DNA of 64,000 bases from Flavobacterium sp. (GTDB taxonomy: Bacteria > Bacteroidota > Bacteroidia > Flavobacteriales > Flavobacteriaceae), in assembly GCA_043770265.1 (NCBI GenBank), contig JAYVIK010000208.1:5317-69316 (forward strand). The letters are read 5' to 3'. Positions 10,562 through 19,900 of the stretch are shown piece by piece (within the stretch, counting starts at the first letter, position 1; every line of letters begins with the position of its first letter). The position numbers and the translations under genes are program-made. The notes beneath the pieces are model-generated. The model did not search any database and was not told the DNA's origin. It saw only the letters and a list, made by a program, of their open reading frames with translations.

Positions 10562-10685
10562 TACTAAGTTGTCTTAAAATTTGTAACCTACATAGTTTAA
10601 AGGAAAATATATTTTAAAACGTTTTTCAAAGGCTTTTCGTTTACTGTTAACTATGAATAAGCAGAATTAAAATAACAAATGATCT

Positions 10686-11519
10686 TCACTCCTTAAGCAA
10701 TTTATCTATTTCACTTTCAATGTTATACAAAAAAACATTTTCTTTTGTTTCTAACTGTCCTTCGTATCTAATTCTACCATTTTTTAAAATTAACAAATGA
10801 GGAAAAGAGGATATATTTAAACTGTCCTTAATTTCTTTAGCAGAAGTCGTGTAAAGTTGTGGGAATTTATAACCTTTACCATCCAAAATTGTTATTGTGT
10901 TTTGAAATTTATCTCTATTTTCAGGAACATTAATTGAATAAATTTCAATATTTGGATTACTTTTATATTTTAAATATGTGGCTTCCAAATCTGGAAATTT
11001 CTTAAAACAGATACTACAACTAGTAGTCCAAAAATCTAAAACTACTATTTTATTTTTATATAAATTTACTTGATTATTTTCTTTATCTATTATTGAAACT
11101 TTCGGAAAATTTATATTTTTTTCTGAGTTATGATTATTTAAATAGCTGTAAAAATTTGGAAACATAACCCCCCCAATAAAAGCAAAAAAGAATACTGAAA
11201 ATATTGGAATGTAAATGATTTTTTGTTTAAAATATAAATAAGATAAGAGCGTACTGACAGGAGCAAAAAATAAATATAAGAATCCAATTGAAAAATTATC
11301 TCCTATCAAACAAGTTAAAAATATTAATAATATAAATGGAAAATTCAATAAAAATAAATCATTTATAATATTATGAGATTTTCTAATAACTCTATAAACA
11401 ATTATAAATACACAGGTTAAAAATAGCGGTAACATTAATTCATGATTACCCCAGGTGATAACACCAAGCAAACAATAAAACAAAATAAATATTGTAGAAA
11501 TTAGTATTTTCTTTTTCAT
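10686..11519 (-). CDS. Membrane-anchored TlpA-like thiol-disulfide oxidoreductase
   Basis: About four N-terminal hydrophobic helices, then a thioredoxin fold with VLDFWTTSCSIC (CxxC) and cis-Pro SFPH. Confidence 0.82.
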   Translation of the reverse strand: MKKKILISTIFILFYCLLGVITWGNHELMLPLFLTCVFIIVYRVIRKSHNIINDLFLLNFPFILLIFLTCLIGDNFSIGFLYLFFAPVSTLLSYLYFKQKIIYIPIFSVFFFAFIGGVMFPNFYSYLNNHNSEKNINFPKVSIIDKENNQVNLYKNKIVVLDFWTTSCSICFKKFPDLEATYLKYKSNPNIEIYSINVPENRDKFQNTITILDGKGYKFPQLYTTSAKEIKDSLNISSFPHLLILKNGRIRYEGQLETKENVFLYNIESEIDKLLKE

Positions 11520-11534
11520 AATTTTTTAAAATTT

Positions 11535-11556
11535 GAGGGCGTATAGTTACGCCCTC
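11535..11556. other. Intergenic GC-rich stem-loop between the Cys-rich precursor and the oxidoreductase
   Basis: GAGGGCGTA-TAGT-TACGCCCTC, perfect 9-bp stem. Confidence 0.75.
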
Positions 11557-11562
11557 TTTTTC

Positions 11563-12183
11563 TTAAACTGCTTGTTCACATTCAAAAGCCCATAAAAATC
11601 CACAACCCGATCTAGTGGTTGTGCATTTTACTCTTGTACTCCCATACCAAGAACAAGTCCAATCACAGTTACAAGGTATTGATGCGGTTTTTGAAGAAGG
11701 CTTAGTTTTTGCCTGAAAGTCTGGATTTATTGATTTTAAATCCATTAAAACATCATCTGAAACCTTATCTAGACCTTTGAATTTTCCAGAATAATTATAA
11801 TCATTCAAATCAGAAAACATTCTAAAAAAATCATCTTCTGGAGTTATTATTGCTAGATTTAAAGCTATTTCGCTAATTGCTTTAGATGCAAATACTTCTT
11901 TATTTAATTCAAATTTAAGTTGTTTAATTAAATTTTTGTTTTCAACTGGAAGGTCCTGTTTTAGAAGTTGCTCTAATTTTTCATTCCAAAGTTTAACTTT
12001 CTCTTTTTTATCTAGAACATTATAATCTGTTTTGATTTTTGCATAATCCTTACCTTTTAAAAAAACAGATCTGAAATTAGTACTTGTAACAATAGTGTCT
12101 GAATTGTTTTCTTTTGAGCAAGCGAAAAATAAAATCGTACTCAAAAATAATATTATTAATATTGATAATTTGTGATTTTTCAT
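11563..12183 (-). CDS. Lipoprotein with a C-terminal 6-Cys core, bacteriocin fulvocin C-related
   Basis: Lipobox FFAC; LWNEKL helical region; C-terminus PCNCDWTC...CTTTRSGCGFLWAFEC. Confidence 0.7.
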   Translation of the reverse strand: MKNHKLSILIILFLSTILFFACSKENNSDTIVTSTNFRSVFLKGKDYAKIKTDYNVLDKKEKVKLWNEKLEQLLKQDLPVENKNLIKQLKFELNKEVFASKAISEIALNLAIITPEDDFFRMFSDLNDYNYSGKFKGLDKVSDDVLMDLKSINPDFQAKTKPSSKTASIPCNCDWTCSWYGSTRVKCTTTRSGCGFLWAFECEQAV

Positions 12184-12620
12184 TTTAATCTAAATTTTGA
12201 TTTTTTTAAAAAATAATTTGAAATTTAAGTCAATAGGTTAATATGCCAAATTTCTAAAGTTAATAAGTGCAACTTATCAATGTAACCTATAAGATGCTCT
12301 TATTATTCGGAAATATCTTCTGCCGTATCTTTTTGTTAAAGTAAATCTTACGATAACATCCTGCTTTAACAATGTTTATACAAGTTATAATTATCATTTC
12401 TTAAGATTTTTCTATTCAATAAATTTTATTTATGCTTTGTAAAATTGAAAAAAAATAAAATCAATTATAAGAATTATATTTATAATTTAACAAACTATTA
12501 ACATTTTTATCAATTAAAAGCAAAAAATATCAGATGTAATCATACGATATTAATTATATTATAATTTCAAACGAAGTCTTTTTTTATAATTTACATTATC
12601 TTTATAAACTAACAAGAAAA

Positions 12621-13205
12621 ATGAACAACCCAAAAATTAAAATTAAACAAACCGATTTATTATCTGACAATTGGTATATATTGAACAACGTCACTTTCGA
12701 TTTTTTAAGAAAAGACGGAGTTTGGATAACCCAAAAAAGGGAAGTGTATGATAGAGGAAATGGTGCTGGAATCTTACTCTACAATCAGAAACAAAAAACA
12801 ATTATTCTCACTCGCCAATTCAGACTTCCTGCTTACCTCAACGGCAACGAAACTGGAATGATGGTAGAAGTTTGCGCAGGACTTCTTGACCAAGATCACC
12901 CCGAACAATGCATCATCCGTGAAACCGAAGAAGAAACTGGCTATCGCATACAATCTGTTCAAAAAATTATGGAAGCCTATATGTCACCCGGGGCTATTAC
13001 CGAAATTTTACATCTATTCGTTGGCGAATATGACGCTTCAATGAAAGTCAATGATGGCGGAGGATTAGAACACGAGCAAGAAGAAATTGAAGTAATCGAA
13101 ATGCCCTTTACAAAAGCGTACAAAATGATTGCGACTGGAGAAATTAAAGATGCAAAAACCATTTTACTGTTGCAATATGCCAAAATAAATAATCTCGTTG
13201 GATAG
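12621..13205 (+). CDS. nudK: GDP-mannose pyrophosphatase NudK (Nudix), copy 2
   Basis: 9 amino-acid differences out of 194 versus copy 1 (manual count). Confidence 0.9.
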   Translation: MNNPKIKIKQTDLLSDNWYILNNVTFDFLRKDGVWITQKREVYDRGNGAGILLYNQKQKTIILTRQFRLPAYLNGNETGMMVEVCAGLLDQDHPEQCIIRETEEETGYRIQSVQKIMEAYMSPGAITEILHLFVGEYDASMKVNDGGGLEHEQEEIEVIEMPFTKAYKMIATGEIKDAKTILLLQYAKINNLVG

Positions 13206-13249
13206 AATTAAGTCGAAGGTATAAATAAATATAGCTACTTTTACTCAAA
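12621..13249 (+). repeat. Direct repeat copy B (nudK plus 44 bp downstream)
   Basis: Homologous to 9933..10561. Confidence 0.92.
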
Positions 13250-13261
13250 CGATTTTAAGTT

Positions 13262-14350
13262 TTGGAAAACAAAAAGACAAAGCACTCCGCTCTTCACGAA
13301 AAATCTGGAATTTCTTCACCGGAAATTGTCAGCCCCAATGCTGTGAACCAAGTCCAAAAACTCAGAAAAATACAACCTTCTTCACAGGAATTGATTGACG
13401 GTATTTTATCAGGAAACATTTCTGCCTTGAGTCGTGCCATAACTTTGGTAGAAAGTACCAATGCTACCCATTTGGCCAAAGCCAATGAAGTAATTAATGA
13501 ATGTTTGAAACATGCAAATAAATCAATTCGAATAGGAATCACAGGAGTTCCAGGGGTTGGAAAAAGTACGTTTATTGAAGTCTTTGGAAAACAATTAACA
13601 AACTTAGGAAAAAAAGTGGCCGTTTTAGCCGTTGACCCAAGCAGCACCATTTCGCACGGAAGTATTTTGGGTGACAAAACCCGAATGGAAGAATTGGTAA
13701 AAGACCCGAATGCTTTCATCAGACCTTCGGCTTCTGTAGAAACTCTTGGCGGAGTGGCTCGGAAAACCCGTGAAGCGATTACGCTTTGCGAAGCTGCAGG
13801 ATTTGACACGATACTCATAGAAACAGTTGGCGTTGGTCAAAGTGAAACAGCTGTTCACAGTATGGTCGATTTCTTTTTACTACTAAAAATTTCTGGTGCT
13901 GGCGACGAATTGCAAGGCATCAAACGAGGTATTATGGAAATGGCCGATGCGATAGTCATCAACAAAGCCGATGGAGATAATATTAAAAAAGCAAATTTAG
14001 CCAAAGTAGAATTCAACAGAGCTTTGCATCTTTTTCCAACCAAAAAATCGGGATGGACACCAACATCTTCAACTTGTAGCGCGATAACTCACGATGGAAT
14101 TCCTGAAGTTTGGGAAATGATTGTAAAGTATATTGAACTCACAAAAGGCAATCATTATTTCTTTGAAAAACGGACAGCACAGAATCAATATTGGATGCTC
14201 GAAACCATAAATGAGCAATTGAAAACCAACTTTTACAATCATCCTGAAATTCAAAAACTTTTGGAAGCCAATAAAAAAGCGGTTCAAAACGATGAAATAT
14301 CACCTTTTGCAGCCGCTCAATTATTATTAGAAAAGTATTTTGAAAAATAA
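13262..14350 (+). CDS. meaB: Methylmalonyl-CoA mutase-associated GTPase MeaB/ArgK
   Basis: GITGVPGVGKST, AVDPSS, GSILGDKTRM, ETVGVGQSE, GDELQGIKRG, NKAD. Confidence 0.93.
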   Translation: MENKKTKHSALHEKSGISSPEIVSPNAVNQVQKLRKIQPSSQELIDGILSGNISALSRAITLVESTNATHLAKANEVINECLKHANKSIRIGITGVPGVGKSTFIEVFGKQLTNLGKKVAVLAVDPSSTISHGSILGDKTRMEELVKDPNAFIRPSASVETLGGVARKTREAITLCEAAGFDTILIETVGVGQSETAVHSMVDFFLLLKISGAGDELQGIKRGIMEMADAIVINKADGDNIKKANLAKVEFNRALHLFPTKKSGWTPTSSTCSAITHDGIPEVWEMIVKYIELTKGNHYFFEKRTAQNQYWMLETINEQLKTNFYNHPEIQKLLEANKKAVQNDEISPFAAAQLLLEKYFEK

Positions 14351-14353
14351 ATT

Positions 14354-14584
14354 TTACTCTTTCTCGTAAAGTTCCATTTCTCGGTCGTAAAAATCATTGG
14401 CAAGCACAATCAAACCTTCCATTTCAGCATTGAGTTCGCCTTCGTCAAGATCTTCGGCTTCTTCCATAAATTCTACTTCATCGTCTCTAAGATTGATGAT
14501 AAATCTTGGATAATCAAGATGAATGATAAAAATATCTTCGGGAAAATCGGTGTTGTCGCCTAGTAAAAATTTTGGTAATTCCAT
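14354..14584 (-). CDS. Small acidic hypothetical protein
   Basis: 76-aa ORF MELPKFLLGDNTDFPEDIFIIHLDYPRFII; protein-like composition, co-oriented with the SPFH gene. Confidence 0.75.
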   Translation of the reverse strand: MELPKFLLGDNTDFPEDIFIIHLDYPRFIINLRDDEVEFMEEAEDLDEGELNAEMEGLIVLANDFYDREMELYEKE

Positions 14585-14664
14585 TTTAAGTTTATTGTTT
14601 AGGGTTTATGGTTTATGGCTTGTTACTCAACTCTGAACAACAAACCACAAACTATAAACAGTTA

Positions 14665-15573
14665 TTATTTATCAGACAAAATTACTGGTGCACTTCCTTT
14701 TCCCATAAAAATAATTTTGGTATTTGGAGAAGTAGCAATCTCTTTTTGTGCTTTAATTTGTTCGTATTGCAATTGTTTATCGGTCAACCCTGTAGAAATA
14801 ATCCTTTGATAATCAGCAATACCTTGTGCTTCTACCCTTTTCCTTTCGGCTTCTTGTTTTTCTTTTTGAAGTACAAAAGTCATTTTCTGCGCATCCTGTT
14901 CCGCATTAATTTTACTTTCGATTGTAGTTTTGACAGAAGCTGGAAGATTGATATTTCTTATCAACAATTGTTCTAAAATTAAACCTCTAGCTTTAAAATC
15001 TTCTTCTATACTTTTGAAAATTCGTTGTTGAAATTCGTTTCTTTTAGTCGAATACAAAGCCACAGCATCATAATAAACAGCGTTGTCACGAATACGAGTT
15101 CTGGTTACTGGACGAACTATTTTATCGGTATAATTGACCCCAATTTGCTTGAAAATTTTTGGTGCATCTGAAGGTGTAATTTTATACAAAACCGTTAAAT
15201 CTATTACTACTTCCAGTCCATCATTCGACAAAACCCGAATGGCATCATCGCCTTCTTGTGCACCTTCATTATGAACGGCTGACATGGTATAATTTTGAGT
15301 TTGAATGTCAAAATCGGTTACATCCAATAAAGGATTTATCAAATGTAAACCACTGTCCAATACATCGGGCTGAACACTTCCGTAAAGCGATTTAACACCT
15401 ACTTTTCCGGCATCGATTTGTTTGAACATCGAAGAAAAAACACCTAACACTATGACTAAAAGTCCGGCAAACCTTAGTGGTCCCGAAAACTTGAAAAATG
15501 GATTACTTGCATTGCTTTTTAATGCAAAACTTACAATTAGTAAAATAACCCCAATAATAATTAATAGTATCAT
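14665..15573 (-). CDS. SPFH/prohibitin (band 7) family membrane protein
   Basis: N-terminal TM helices, GLHLINP, coiled tail EKQEAERKRVEAQGIAD. Confidence 0.9.
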   Translation of the reverse strand: MILLIIIGVILLIVSFALKSNASNPFFKFSGPLRFAGLLVIVLGVFSSMFKQIDAGKVGVKSLYGSVQPDVLDSGLHLINPLLDVTDFDIQTQNYTMSAVHNEGAQEGDDAIRVLSNDGLEVVIDLTVLYKITPSDAPKIFKQIGVNYTDKIVRPVTRTRIRDNAVYYDAVALYSTKRNEFQQRIFKSIEEDFKARGLILEQLLIRNINLPASVKTTIESKINAEQDAQKMTFVLQKEKQEAERKRVEAQGIADYQRIISTGLTDKQLQYEQIKAQKEIATSPNTKIIFMGKGSAPVILSDK

Positions 15574-15602
15574 TTTTTTGAAAATTAATTTGTTCGGTGA
15601 TT

Positions 15603-15629
15603 ATACGTTGAATAAGATTGGAAGTTACA
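15603..15629 (-). promoter_or_regulatory. Candidate ECF-sigma promoter for the SPFH gene
   Basis: Minus strand reads TGTAAC-N16-CGTAT. Confidence 0.4.
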
Positions 15630-15648
15630 ATTATTTTAAGAAAAAACT

Positions 15649-17031
15649 TTATAATTCTGAATTCTCCAAAACCAACTTTTTCGTTAATCTCGCAAAGCGA
15701 ATATACAAAAATAAAGCTGCCGCAGTAAGTCCTGCCAAAAGTCCAATCCAGATTCCGGTTGCTTCTAAATCAGTGTGTTTTCCTAAATAATATGAAATCG
15801 GAAATCCTACAATCCAATAGGCCACAAAAGTAATGTACATCGGGATTTGTACATCCTGCAAACCTCGTAAAGCACCCAAAACTACCACCTGAATTCCGTC
15901 TGAAATTTGAAATATAGCAGCTACCAAAAGCAATTTGGATGCAATAAATATAATTTCAGTATTGTCCAATTGCTGCGATGCATCGGACATATTCAAAAAT
16001 AAATGGGGGAGAAAATTATGCGAAATCACAAAAACAATTCCAAAGAAAGTTTCGACCATAATGGCCAATAAAAAAATCGACCGAGCCACAGTAATTAATT
16101 GTTTGTAATCTTTCGACCCTTTGGAGTTACTCACTCGAATCATCGCTGCAACGCTAAAACCCATTGCCACCATAAAAGTGGAGGAAGCCAAAGTCAACGC
16201 AATTTGATTCGCCGCTTGACTATTTTTCCCAAGCGAACCCGAAAGCCAAATTGCGGCTGTAAATAAAGTAACTTCAAACAACATTTGCATCGCTGACGGC
16301 AATCCCAAATTGATAATTTTCTTTAAAATAGATTTTTTAATTTCCTTGAAGGTAAAATTCTTAAAATAAGTTTTGAAAGCAATATTATGTTTTAAAATGT
16401 AGTGCATAAAAACCACCATCATAATCCTAGAAATCACAGTGCCAAGGGCTGCACCTACTATTCCTAATTTTGGAAAACCCCAAACACCGTAAATCAAAAC
16501 ATAATTAAAGAAAATGTGAACCACATTGGCCAAATAAATAGCATACATCGAGTATTTGGTTTGCGACAAACCATCGGCAAACTGTTTGTATCCTTGAAAA
16601 ATAATAACCGGAATCAACGAAAAAGCAACCCAATCTATATAAGGTGCAGCCAAATCTACAACTGCTTCTGGTTGGTTCATCAAACGCATTATTGGCTTTG
16701 CCAAAACGATCATAATAAAAATCGCAATTCCTAAAAGCGTGCACAACAACAATCCGTGGTGAAAAGTAGTTCGAATTTTCTTGTCGTCTTTCTCGGCGTC
16801 GGCTTCTGCTATCAATGGTGTAATGGCTGTCGAAAACCCAATTCCCAGTGACATTCCAATAAAAATAAAGCTGTTACCAAGCGAAACCGCTGCCAACTCG
16901 GTTGAACCAAGGTTTCCCACCATAAAATTATCTACAATTCCAATCAAGGTATGACCTAACATTCCCAATATTACTGGATATGCTAATCTAAAATTATAGG
17001 AGAACTCTTTGGTGTATTGGGATAAATTCAC
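15649..17031 (-). CDS. MATE family efflux transporter (NorM-like)
   Basis: LAYPVILG, VDNFMVGNLGSTELAAVSLG, LGIVGAALGT, 12-TM pattern; GTG start at 17031 preferred. Confidence 0.92.
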   Translation of the reverse strand: MNLSQYTKEFSYNFRLAYPVILGMLGHTLIGIVDNFMVGNLGSTELAAVSLGNSFIFIGMSLGIGFSTAITPLIAEADAEKDDKKIRTTFHHGLLLCTLLGIAIFIMIVLAKPIMRLMNQPEAVVDLAAPYIDWVAFSLIPVIIFQGYKQFADGLSQTKYSMYAIYLANVVHIFFNYVLIYGVWGFPKLGIVGAALGTVISRIMMVVFMHYILKHNIAFKTYFKNFTFKEIKKSILKKIINLGLPSAMQMLFEVTLFTAAIWLSGSLGKNSQAANQIALTLASSTFMVAMGFSVAAMIRVSNSKGSKDYKQLITVARSIFLLAIMVETFFGIVFVISHNFLPHLFLNMSDASQQLDNTEIIFIASKLLLVAAIFQISDGIQVVVLGALRGLQDVQIPMYITFVAYWIVGFPISYYLGKHTDLEATGIWIGLLAGLTAAALFLYIRFARLTKKLVLENSEL

Positions 17032-17222
17032 TTCTTTTATTTTGGTTGGCAAATGTAATCAGAACAAATCGATTCTATCGCTACAATATCAAAAATAAAG
17101 AAACTTTATCGATAAAAATCCAAAAATTATACAACAATCCGACCTAATTCTATAATATCAACAAAAAATTGCTTCCCTACTTTTGCACCGTTGTAAAAAA
17201 TCGCAACACAAAAATAAAAATT

Positions 17223-17777
17223 ATGAAAACTACAAAAAAAATTACGCTTTTATTGGTATTAGCTATCTCGATGATGTTCGCTAATAATTCGAATTCACAA
17301 AACACAGCAGCAGCAGCAGCAAATTATGATCAAGGATTTCGTTTAGGAATTGGGGTAAATGCCGGTTATGCTGCTCACGATCCTTACAAAATGGCTCTAG
17401 GTGCTGATGCAAGATTGCAATATGACTTATCAAAAAGATATTCTGTTACGCTAACTACTGGATTTACAAATCTTTTTGTGAGCAAAGTAGATGGATCAGA
17501 TCTAGGATTGATTCCTGCAAAATTGGGTTTCAAAGCGTTCGTCTGGAATGACCAATTTTATGTTATGGGAGAAACTGGAGCAGCTTTTGCGGTAACAAAC
17601 GATTATCACAAAACCTCTTTGCTTCTAGCTCCAAGCATTGGCTATGCGTCAAAATACATCGATGTTTCCTTGCATTACGAGTTTTACAATGACTTCAAAA
17701 GATTGAATAATAATGGAACTCAAGGTAAAGGTGTTGGCCAAGTTGGCGTTCGTTTAGCTTATGGTTTCGAATTGTAA
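17223..17777 (+). CDS. Small outer-membrane beta-barrel protein
   Basis: Signal peptide, alternating beta pattern, C-terminal GVRLAYGFEL; -7 element TACTTTTG at 17178-17185 supports ATG 17223. Confidence 0.75.
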   Translation: MKTTKKITLLLVLAISMMFANNSNSQNTAAAAANYDQGFRLGIGVNAGYAAHDPYKMALGADARLQYDLSKRYSVTLTTGFTNLFVSKVDGSDLGLIPAKLGFKAFVWNDQFYVMGETGAAFAVTNDYHKTSLLLAPSIGYASKYIDVSLHYEFYNDFKRLNNNGTQGKGVGQVGVRLAYGFEL

Positions 17778-17793
17778 AAATTCTAAATTCTTG

Positions 17794-17826
17794 AAAAATG
17801 CGCTCTAATCCAGCGCATTTTTTTTT
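17794..17826 (+). terminator. Intrinsic (bidirectional) terminator
   Basis: AAAAATGCGCT...AGCGCATTTTTTTTT. Confidence 0.8.
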
Positions 17827-17946
17827 GCAAAATAATTTCAGTTTTAATTCACAATGACTTGATAAGTAAGATTTCTATTCAACCATAAATTTACAAAACT
17901 CGTTTATAAAATTAAATTTTGAAGTTGCTATTGAAAATTGAATTTG

Positions 17947-18819
17947 TTATTTAAGTTGCTTTCTATATTCCTCAAAATTTGCTTTAACCTTTTCGTCTAA
18001 TTCTGGTTCTTTTATGTCAGTATATTTTTTCATTTCTTCCCAAATGATTTTTGCTACAATATATCGTGCCATTTCCTTATCATCGGCGGGAACAATATAC
18101 CAAGGGGCAATATCTGTAGAAGTTTTATTAATTGCTTCCTCATAATAGTGCATATATTCGTCCCAATGTTCGCGCTCTTTCAAATCTCCAGGCGAAAATT
18201 TCCAATGATGCTCCTCTTCCTCTAACCTTCTCAACAAGCGCTTTCTTTGCTCTTCCTTGCTCATGTGAAAATAAAATTTCATCACAATCGTTCCATTTTG
18301 TGAAATATGTTTCTCAAAATTATTGATTTGTTCCATCCGATTTTCCCAAAAAACAGGAGTAATATCTTCCACTTTTTCAATTCCAGGCAAGTTTTCGCCT
18401 AAAATATATTCAGGATGAACTCGTGTTACCAAAACATTCTCATAATGTGTCCTATTAAAAACGGCAAATTTCCCTTTCTCGGGCAAAGCACGGTAATGCC
18501 TCCACAGATAGTCATGTTCCAGTTCGGCCGAATTTGGAGTTTTAAAACTACTGACCTCAACACCACGCGGGTTGAATTCCTTGAAAACTTCCCGAATCAA
18601 ACTGTCCTTTCCAGACGTATCCATTCCTTGCAAACAAATCAAAACGCCATAGCGATTATGCGCGTACATCACGTCCTGAAACTCGCTGAGCTTAGCTTGA
18701 ACCTTGTTCAATTTCTCTTCTTTATCATCCTCACTCGCCTCATTAAACAAATTCGTAGGGATTTTTGACAATTCAATTTTGCCAACCACTTTAAAATCAT
18801 CTGGATTAATCGACTTCAT
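17947..18819 (-). CDS. ppk2: Polyphosphate kinase 2 family protein
   Basis: QGMDTSGKDS Walker A, HDYLWR, FNRTHYE, WKFSPGD, APWYIVPADDK. Confidence 0.92.
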   Translation of the reverse strand: MKSINPDDFKVVGKIELSKIPTNLFNEASEDDKEEKLNKVQAKLSEFQDVMYAHNRYGVLICLQGMDTSGKDSLIREVFKEFNPRGVEVSSFKTPNSAELEHDYLWRHYRALPEKGKFAVFNRTHYENVLVTRVHPEYILGENLPGIEKVEDITPVFWENRMEQINNFEKHISQNGTIVMKFYFHMSKEEQRKRLLRRLEEEEHHWKFSPGDLKEREHWDEYMHYYEEAINKTSTDIAPWYIVPADDKEMARYIVAKIIWEEMKKYTDIKEPELDEKVKANFEEYRKQLK

Positions 18820-18896
18820 AATGAAATATTTATATTTACATCTCAAATATAACAAAAAAAATAATTCAAATGTAATCCTGAGCGCAGTCTAAAGAT

Positions 18897-18966
18897 GGAG
18901 CTATTTCCTGCTATTCGTTGCAATCTAGCAAAAAGGCGAGGATTTCCATTGCTATCAGGGCTAGGG
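18897..18966 (-). ncRNA. Candidate structured repeat or ncRNA (possibly Flavo-1-like)
   Basis: Minus strand CCTAGCCCTGATAGCAATGGAAATCC...AGATTGCAACGAATAGCAGGAAATAGCTCC folds into an interrupted hairpin; family assignment from memory only. Confidence 0.35.
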
Positions 18967-18989
18967 CATTTGTTTTCAAAATCACTTTT

Positions 18990-19829
18990 ATGCGAAATTT
19001 TACACTAGAATTACAATTTAAAATCAACGGAATTGGTTCTGCGTCAGGATTAGTTTACAAAGATAATTCCTTGTTTGTCATTTCAGACAATGGTTCATTT
19101 CTCTATGAATATCAAATTCAAGAAAAGGAATTGACCAAAATTCCGTTATTGGCAAACGGCCAAGAAAACATCTCCAAAAAAGACAAATTCGACTTTGAAT
19201 CCATGGCGTTGAAAGGAAATAAACTCCACATTTTGGGATCTGGCTCTACTTCCAAAAGAGAAAAAAGAATAACCTACAATCTTGAAACCCGAGAAATAGA
19301 AGAAAAAGATTTATCAAAAGTGTACCAAAATCTAAAACAATATGCTTCCATTTCTGATGACGAATTAAATATCGAAGGCGCATTATTCTATAATGAAAAA
19401 TGGTTTTTGTTCCAAAGAGGAAACGGAGCCAATTCCAGAAACGGAATTTTTAAATTGAATTCCCTCAAAAATGAATTACATACAGCGTTTATTGAAGTTA
19501 GATTACCAAAAATCAAGCACGTAGAAACTTCCTTTACCGATGCTATTTTGGTCGAAGACAAAATTTACTTTTTGGCCACAGCCGAAGATACTACTTCCAC
19601 TTATGACGATGGCGAAATATTAGGAAGTATTATTGGTCGAATGGACGGCCAAACATTCGAAATCGAGTTCACCCAAAAAATCTCTGATAACCATAAATTC
19701 GAAGGATTGACACTTTACTTTAAAACCGAAACCGAAATCCAATTTCTAATTTGCGAAGACAATGATACCGAAGTTTTGGAAACCAATATTTATAAAGTAT
19801 CTATTCCAAATCCTTCATTAACAAAATAA
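18990..19829 (+). CDS. DUF6929-like beta-propeller hypothetical protein
   Basis: SASGL, ISD, DFES, GSGS, LNIEG, FQRGNG, TAEDT..YDDG and KFEG motifs. Confidence 0.7.
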   Translation: MRNFTLELQFKINGIGSASGLVYKDNSLFVISDNGSFLYEYQIQEKELTKIPLLANGQENISKKDKFDFESMALKGNKLHILGSGSTSKREKRITYNLETREIEEKDLSKVYQNLKQYASISDDELNIEGALFYNEKWFLFQRGNGANSRNGIFKLNSLKNELHTAFIEVRLPKIKHVETSFTDAILVEDKIYFLATAEDTTSTYDDGEILGSIIGRMDGQTFEIEFTQKISDNHKFEGLTLYFKTETEIQFLICEDNDTEVLETNIYKVSIPNPSLTK

Positions 19830-19900
19830 TTTCAAAAATATTTTAACCTCCTCCCAACCTTTTTCTCTTTTTCATCCTCTTTAGTAGAAAGACAACAATT

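Noticed and set aside
12333-12372. 9-bp inverted repeat TTGTTAAAG/CTTTAACAA upstream of the Cys-rich lipoprotein
   Set aside because: Could be an operator, but it is short, AT-rich and seen once, so chance cannot be excluded
9933-13249. nudK duplication as an assembly artefact
   Set aside because: The copies differ at 9 amino acids and many silent sites and have different upstream regions
17307-17321. (GCA)5 tract as a phase-variation switch
   Set aside because: Short triplet repeat; slippage would not shift the frame
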